DNA of 2,827 nucleotides from Enterobacteria phage CUS-3: sequence record FN394218.1; one strand, 5' to 3'. Shown piece by piece: positions 1 to 2,827 of this stretch (position 1 is its first letter; each line of letters starts with the position of its first letter). The notes under the pieces were generated by a model. It saw only the letters and a program-made list of their open reading frames with translations, ran no database searches and was not told where the DNA came from. The position numbers and the translations under genes were made by a program.

Positions 1-543
1 ATGGCGCGCCCAACAAAGTATCAAGAGGCGTATGCCGAACAGGCACGCAAACTGTGCTTGCTGGGCTACACCGATGCAGAGCTTGCTGATTTCTTCGAAG
101 TCAGTGAGTCAACTATTAACAAGTGGAAGCTTGATTATCCTGAGTTTTCGGAGTCCATAAAAAAGGGTAAGGCCGTCGCTGATGCAGAAGTTAGTGACCG
201 TCTTTATCAACGCGCTATGGGCTTCGTGGCTCCAGACATCGATATTCGTGTTATTGAAAACAGAATTGTCGAAACTCCTCTTGAGAAGTATTACCCGCCT
301 GATACAACAGCTGCCATCTTCTGGCTTAAGAACCGACAGAAGGATAAATGGCGCGACAAGGTTGATCACGAGCTAACAGGCAAAGACGGCGGCGCAATCC
401 AGATTGAAACATCACCGATGAGTACTCTATTCGGAAAANNNNNNNNNNNNNNNNNNNNNNNNNNNNNNNNNNNNNNNNNNNNNNNNNNNNNNNNNNNNNN
501 NNNNNNNNNNNNNNNNNNNNNNNNNNNNNNNNNNNNNNTCTGA
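1..543 (+). CDS. Phage terminase small-subunit-like helix-turn-helix DNA-binding protein; 3' end hidden in the N-run 439-538
   Basis: ATG at 1 opens frame 1 and reads without stops to 438 (146 aa visible): MARPTKYQEAYAEQARKLCLLGYTDAELADFFEVSESTINKW...AIFWLKNRQKDKWRDK. The N-terminal RPTKY motif followed by a predicted HTH (about nt 67-126) and the later AIFWLKNR..WRDK motif are, from memory, typical of HTH-type phage small terminase proteins. The TGA at 541-543 is in frame only if the N-run is exactly 100 nt of real sequence, so the true stop is uncertain. No similarity search was run. Confidence 0.55.
   Translation: MARPTKYQEAYAEQARKLCLLGYTDAELADFFEVSESTINKWKLDYPEFSESIKKGKAVADAEVSDRLYQRAMGFVAPDIDIRVIENRIVETPLEKYYPPDTTAAIFWLKNRQKDKWRDKVDHELTGKDGGAIQIETSPMSTLFGKXXXXXXXXXXXXXXXXXXXXXXXXXXXXXXXXXX
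439..538. other. Run of 100 N (masked sequence or assembly gap) between the terminase-like gene and the tailspike frame
   Basis: Directly visible. It starts on a frame-1 codon boundary and ends immediately before a frame-2 codon boundary. 100 N is a common convention for gaps of unknown size, but that cannot be confirmed here. Confidence 0.95.
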
Positions 544-1762
544 GCCATGTGTAAAATATTATGATGGCATTTTGTATCTGACGACCAGGGGGACATTAAG
601 TACTCAACCCGGTAGTTCATTGCACAGAAGCTCTGATTTAGGTACATCATGGAATTCTCTTCGCTTCCCAAATAATGTTCATCACTCAAACCTTCCTTTT
701 GCCAAAGTTGGCGATGAGCTGATTATTTTTGGCAGTGAGCGCGCATTTGGTGAGTGGGAAGGAGGAGAACCTGATAACCGTTATGCAGGAAACTATCCAA
801 GAACATTTATGACCAGAGTTAACGTCAATGAGTGGAGTCTGGATAATGTAGAGTGGGTTAATGTTACTGATCAGATTTATCAGGGCGGAATAGTTAACTC
901 TGCGGTTGGTGTTGGTTCAGTTTGTATCAAAGACAACTGGCTGTACTACATTTTCGGTGGGGAAGACTTTCTAAACCCATGGAGCATAGGGGATAACAAC
1001 AGAAAATATCCTTATGTTCACGATGGTCACNNNNNNNNNNNNNNNNNNNNNNNNNNNNNNNNNNNNNNNNNNNNNNNNNNNNNNNNNNNNNNNNNNNNNN
1101 NNNNNNNNNNNNNNNNNNNNNNNNNNNNNNNNNNNNNNNNNNNNNNNNNNNNNNNNNNNNNNNNNNNNNNNNNNNNNNNNNNNNNNNNNNNNNNNNNNNN
1201 NNNNNNNNNNNNNNNNNNNNNNNNNNNNNNNNNNNNNNNNNNNNNNNNNNNNNNNNNNNNNNNNNNNNNNNNNNNNNNNNNNNNNNNNNNNNNNNNNNNN
1301 NNNNNNNNNNNNNNNNNNNNNAGCGGCGGTGAAACAACGTCTTCAGCAGATGGTGCAATGATAACGTTGCATGGTTCCAGAAGCAGTACTCCACGTCGCG
1401 CGGTATATAACGCACTCGAACATCTTTTTGAGAACGGAGATGTTAAACCTTATCTTGATAATGTAAATGCTCTTGGTGGTCCGGGAAACAGGTTCTCGAT
1501 AGTTTATCTTGGCTCCAATCCTGTGGTTACCAGTGACGGAACATTAAAGACAGAGCCGGTCTCTCCTGACGAAACATTGCTGGATGCCTGGGGTGACGTC
1601 AGGTATATCGCTTATAAATGGCTGAACGCTGTCGCTATAAAGGGGGAAGAAGGGGCGAGGATACATCATGGTGTAATCGCGCAGCAACTTCGTGATGTTC
1701 TTATTTCTCACGGACTCATGGAAGAAGAAAGCACAACATGCCGCTATGCCTTTCTTTGCTAT
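539..1762 (+). CDS. Tailspike/tail-fibre protein fragment: sialidase-type beta-propeller segment followed by a C-terminal intramolecular chaperone (peptidase S74-like) domain; 5' and 3' ends hidden in N-runs
   Basis: Frame 2 has no stop in 539-1030 or 1322-1762. The upstream block translates to ...YYDGILYLTTRGTLSTQPGSSLHRSSDLGTSWNSLRFPNN...DNWLYYIFGGEDFLNPWSIGDNNRKYPYVHDGH and contains an Asp-box-like motif. The downstream block translates to ...NRFSIVYLGSNPVVTSDGTLKTEPVSPDETLLDAWGDVRYIAYKWLNAVAIKGEEGARIHHGVIAQQLRDVLISHGLMEEESTTCRYAFLCY, matching from memory the chaperone domain of endosialidases, K5 lyase and phage tail fibres. Frame 2 upstream of the gap (1-438) has stops, so the N-terminus is either missing across a gap or the gene is truncated. 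By analogy with roughly 150-aa chaperone domains the stop is expected near position 2000, inside the third N-run. Confidence 0.7.
629..652 (+). other. Asp-box-like motif (S-S-D-L-G-T-S-W) in the tailspike, suggesting a sialidase-type beta-propeller
   Basis: Codons agc tct gat tta ggt aca tca tgg fit the S-x-D-x-G-x-T/S-W Asp-box consensus of sialidase/BNR propellers. A single short motif is suggestive only. Confidence 0.45.
1031..1321. other. Run of 291 N inside the tailspike reading frame
   Basis: Directly visible. Length is a multiple of 3 and frame 2 is open on both sides, consistent with 97 hidden codons of the same gene. Confidence 0.9.
1532..1762 (+). other. C-terminal intramolecular chaperone domain of the tailspike (visible part), starting at a putative autoproteolytic Ser..Lys site
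   Basis: S-D-G-T-L-K at 1532-1549 places a lysine five residues after a serine, the spacing I recall for the self-cleavage site of endosialidase-type chaperone domains. Downstream family-like motifs include LDAWGDV and RIHHGVIAQQ (1658-1672 encodes RIHHG). Family assignment is from memory, not from an HMM search. Confidence 0.6.
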
Positions 1763-2179
1763 NNNNNNNNNNNNNNNNNNNNNNNNNNNNNNNNNNNNNN
1801 NNNNNNNNNNNNNNNNNNNNNNNNNNNNNNNNNNNNNNNNNNNNNNNNNNNNNNNNNNNNNNNNNNNNNNNNNNNNNNNNNNNNNNNNNNNNNNNNNNNN
1901 NNNNNNNNNNNNNNNNNNNNNNNNNNNNNNNNNNNNNNNNNNNNNNNNNNNNNNNNNNNNNNNNNNNNNNNNNNNNNNNNNNNNNNNNNNNNNNNNNNNN
2001 NNNNNNNNNNNNNNNNNNNNNNNNNNNNNNNNNNNNNNNNNNNNNNNNNNNNNNNNNNNNNNNNNNNNNNNNNNNNNNNNNNNNNNNNNNNNNNNNNNNN
2101 NNNNNNNNNNNNNNNNNNNNNNNNNNNNNNNNNNNNNNNNNNNNNNNNNNNNNNNNNNNNNNNNNNNNNNNNNNNNNNN
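1763..2179. other. Run of 417 N hiding the tailspike 3' end, the intergenic region and possibly the acetyltransferase 5' end
   Basis: Directly visible. Starts on a frame-2 codon boundary and ends immediately before the ATG at 2180. Length is a multiple of 3. Confidence 0.9.
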
Positions 2180-2827
2180 ATGTTGTTTTCCGTTGATGAT
2201 AATGGGTCAGGTAATGTTTTTGTATGTGGAGATCTTGTAAATAGCAAAGAGAATAAAGTTCAGTTCAATGGAAACAATAACAAACTTATTATAGAAGATG
2301 ATGTTGAGTGTCGATGGCTTACCGTAATATTTAGGGGTGATAATAATTACGTAAGAATACATAAAAACAGTAAGATTAAAGGTGATATTGTCGCAACAAA
2401 AGGTTCAAAAGTTATTATCGGTAGAAGAACGACAATAGGTGCAGGTTTTGAAGTCGTCACTGATAAGTGCAATGTTACAATTGGCCATGACTGCATGATA
2501 GCAAGAGATGTTATTTTGCGTGCATCAGATGGGCATCCTATATTTGATATTCATAGCAAAAAAAGGATTAATTGGGCAAAAGATATCATTATATCTAGTT
2601 ACGTATGGGTAGGGAGAAATGTCTCTATAATGAAAGGAGTATCTGTTGGAAGCGGATCTGTCATTGGGTATGGGAGTATTGTAACTAAAGATGTGCCATC
2701 TATGTGTGCAGCAGCCGGTAATCCAGCAAAAATAATAAAAAGAAATATAATATGGGCAAGAACGGATAAAGCGGAGCTAATTAGTGATGACAAGAGATGC
2801 TCCAGCTATCATGCGAAGCTCACGCAA
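2180..2827 (+). CDS. neuO: Hexapeptide-repeat (left-handed beta-helix) O-acetyltransferase of the NodL/LacA/CysE family, candidate polysialic-acid O-acetyltransferase NeuO; 3' end beyond the window, 5' end possibly upstream in the N-run
   Basis: Frame 2 is open from the ATG at 2180 to the window end (216 codons, no stop). Translation MLFSVDDNGSGNVFVCGDL...IGHDCMIARDVILRASDGHPIFDIHSKKRINWAKDIIISSYVWVGRNVSIMKGVSVGSGSVIGYGSIVTKDVPSMCAAAGNPAKIIKRNIIW... shows imperfect hexapeptide repeats and the C-terminal GNPAKII motif typical of LacA/maltose-acetyltransferase-like enzymes. The neuO assignment is contextual: it sits directly downstream of a sialidase-like tailspike, as I recall for prophage CUS-3. 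Counting from the Met at 2180, His119 and Trp143 coincide with the catalytic residue numbers I recall for NeuO; this is from memory and unverified. The region is strongly AT-rich. Confidence 0.5.
   Translation, partial: MLFSVDDNGSGNVFVCGDLVNSKENKVQFNGNNNKLIIEDDVECRWLTVIFRGDNNYVRIHKNSKIKGDIVATKGSKVIIGRRTTIGAGFEVVTDKCNVTIGHDCMIARDVILRASDGHPIFDIHSKKRINWAKDIIISSYVWVGRNVSIMKGVSVGSGSVIGYGSIVTKDVPSMCAAAGNPAKIIKRNIIWARTDKAELISDDKRCSSYHAKLTQ

Noticed and set aside
109-376. Track ORFs 109..369 (-) and 182..376 (+) inside the terminase-like gene
   Set aside because: Short alternative-frame or antisense ORFs wholly nested in a longer ORF with a recognisable protein signature; their translations have no recognisable features.
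366-689. Track ORF 366..689 (-), 107 aa
   Set aside because: Spans the 100-N run, so it is read through N codons, and it is antisense to two well-supported plus-strand coding regions.
758-785. Strong Shine-Dalgarno-like GGAAGGAGGAG followed by an ATG at 783
   Set aside because: It encodes WEGGE within the tailspike frame, and the downstream ATG is in frame 3 and hits a stop after about nine codons, so it is a fortuitous purine-rich stretch.
905-916. Tandem gttggt gttggt
   Set aside because: Only two copies of a hexamer, encoding V-G-V-G in a Gly-rich beta-strand region; too short to count as a repeat element.
927-1415. Track ORFs 927..1415 (-) and 1014..1361 (+, frame 3)
   Set aside because: Both exist only because the 291-N run contains no stop codons; the visible flanks are short and the tailspike frame 2 explains the region.
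2180-2182. ATG at 2180 as the definitive acetyltransferase start codon
   Set aside because: It abuts the mask edge, so no ribosome-binding site can be seen, and for a neuO-like gene the true start and repeat tract may lie upstream; it is kept only as the first visible in-frame Met.
1692-2247. Track ORFs 1692..2240 (+), 1738..2196 (+) and 1759..2247 (-)
   Set aside because: Read-through artefacts of the 417-N run; the visible portions are a few codons in frames other than the supported frame 2.
2558-2564. A7 homopolymer inside the acetyltransferase (encodes S-K-K-R) as a possible slippage tract
   Set aside because: Seven adenines is short for efficient slipped-strand phase variation and such runs are expected by chance in sequence this AT-rich; any neuO-type switch would be a heptanucleotide repeat at the 5' end, not this tract.
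2599-2793. Track ORF 2599..2793 (-), 64 aa
   Set aside because: Antisense to the hexapeptide acetyltransferase, with a low-complexity translation from AT-rich sequence and no independent support.
1-2827. CRISPR arrays, tRNA or rRNA genes, insertion-sequence inverted repeats, att sites
   Set aside because: No direct-repeat or spacer periodicity, no cloverleaf-like segment and no terminal inverted repeats are visible in the unmasked sequence, which is essentially all coding.

Overview
Partly masked phage-derived window (N-runs at 439-538, 1031-1321 and 1763-2179) with three same-strand (+) coding regions. (1) 1-438 visible: a small helix-turn-helix protein resembling a phage terminase small subunit. 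(2) 539-1762 visible, frame 2: a tailspike/tail-fibre protein fragment with a sialidase-type Asp-box segment and the start of a C-terminal self-cleaving intramolecular chaperone domain (Ser..Lys motif at 1532-1549). (3) 2180-2827, frame 2, running off the window: an AT-rich hexapeptide-repeat O-acetyltransferase of the NodL/LacA/CysE type. The pairing of a sialidase-like tailspike with a downstream soluble acetyltransferase matches the architecture I recall for the E. coli K1 prophage CUS-3 (endosialidase tailspike plus phase-variable polysialic-acid O-acetyltransferase neuO). I therefore read this as a known type of phage receptor-degrading plus receptor-modifying module, not a clearly new system. 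All gene junctions, the tailspike 5' and 3' ends and the acetyltransferase 5' end are hidden by the N-runs, so starts, stops, promoters, terminators and any 5' repeat tract cannot be assessed. All identifications are from reading translations by eye; no database search was run.
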